64,000 nucleotides of DNA from Hypanus sabinus (Eukaryota): positions 104,036,001 through 104,100,000 of the forward strand of contig NC_082711.1 in assembly GCF_030144855.1 (NCBI RefSeq), read 5' to 3'. Shown here piece by piece: positions 62,779 to 64,000 of this stretch (the stretch's first letter is position 1; each line of letters opens with the position of its first letter). The translations under genes were made by a program, and so were the position numbers. The notes below the pieces were generated by a model. It saw only the letters and a list, made by a program, of their open reading frames with translations, was not told where the DNA came from and did no database searches.

Positions 62779-64000
62779 CTGAGGAGACAAGAGGAGGCAG
62801 TCAGAATGTGAGCTCAGCGACTGGAGGAGGAATCAGAGCTTGCAGGATCACAGACACGGGGCAGGCCATGTGGCCCATTGTCTGGCTACTGGCCCATGAG
62901 TGATCTGCCCCACAGTTCCTCCATCACACAGTGAGCTCATGGGGGGAACAGAGTGAAGATTCTCTGCAGCCAGGCCTGAGAAATGAAGTCAGGGACGCAG
63001 AGAGATGGCAAAGGAACTCGGTCAAGTGAATGGTATCGGTGGAGAAGGTAAAAACATTTGGGGAGTTTGAACAAAAAAGGAATCGAGCAACACTCTTACA
63101 GTTCAGGCCAGTGGAGTTCACAGTTCAACTCTGGCATCCTGTGTAAGCAAGTTTGTCCGTTCTTACCGTGAGTGTGTGTGTCTCCTCCCACTGTCCAAAG
63201 ACATACCTGTTAGCAGGTCAATTGCTCATTGTAAATTGTCCTTTGGTTAAACTCGGGATAACTAGTTGGGTAGCTCGTCTGGCCGTAAGGACCTGTTCCA
63301 AGCCATATCTCTAAGCCAATAAATAAATTATATTGGTAAATGGGAGGGTGTGAGCCATGTGGAGGAAGAGATTTCTAAAAATGATGAAAGACATTAACGA
63401 AGAGGTGGAGAATCGAATACGAGAGCCTGAGGTTGGTATCTTTGAAATAGAGATGGACATTAGAAATGGTTTAAAGCAGGGATGAGGTTGCCCATTTCAT
63501 GTCAGTCGTAATGTAGGCCTGGGTACAATTAATGAAATTAAATACATACACAAAGTGGTCATTCAGTAATCTGTAATTTTAACAGGGAAAATTACGAACA
63601 TCTCATTTCTGTACTGTATAAAAGGAGGAACTTTTTACTGCTCATTCGGAGTCCAGGACATCCTGATTGTTAGATGGACTCCCCATGATGTATTTTGTAA
63701 ATAAAGTGGGTATGATCATAGTCTTCTTGGAGTCTACATTTATTTGTCTGTTCAAGATGGTTGGTTTAGGCAACAGTAGGAATTAAAAGTACTAGAAAGA
63801 CTGTAGACACGGGAAATCCAAATCAACACAGACAAAATGCTGGATGGACTCGTCAGCTCAGGCAGCATCTGTGCAAGTTAATAAATAGTCAATGTTTTGG
63901 GCCAAGACACTGTTTCAGGACTGAGAGGGAAGGAGGAAAATTCCAGAATAAAAAAATATGAGGGGAGGGGAAAGAGGAGAACTGGAAGGTGATAGGTGAA

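Overview
Vertebrate genomic DNA. The repeat landscape (CR1, L1/Tx1, Rex1, Tc1, V-SINE-like) is typical of sharks and rays, but this is an inference and no species is assigned. 1-22.6 kb is a homogeneous C-rich 37-bp satellite (~610 monomers) with kb-scale higher-order duplications, decaying through 22.6-24.4 kb. 24.6-39.3 kb is a nest of dead retroelements: an epsilonretrovirus-like pol remnant, then a full-length-sized L1 (+) carrying an unclassified retroposon, a solo LTR and a second full-length L1 (-, 11-bp TSD). 39.7-64 kb holds a ~19.3-kb-offset tandem duplication of a minus-strand CD2/SLAM-family Ig-superfamily gene buried in CR1/Rex1/LTR debris. Copy A has an open V exon (62458-62778) and C2 exon (55863-56147). 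Copy B has an open V exon (43203-43523) but has lost the C2 exon by deletion. The two V exons differ mostly by amino-acid-changing substitutions clustered on the predicted ligand-binding face. Leader and membrane-anchor exons were not found with confidence. The satellite ORFs and most TE ORFs in the track are not genes. All coordinates were read by eye; TE boundaries without a stated TSD are approximate.
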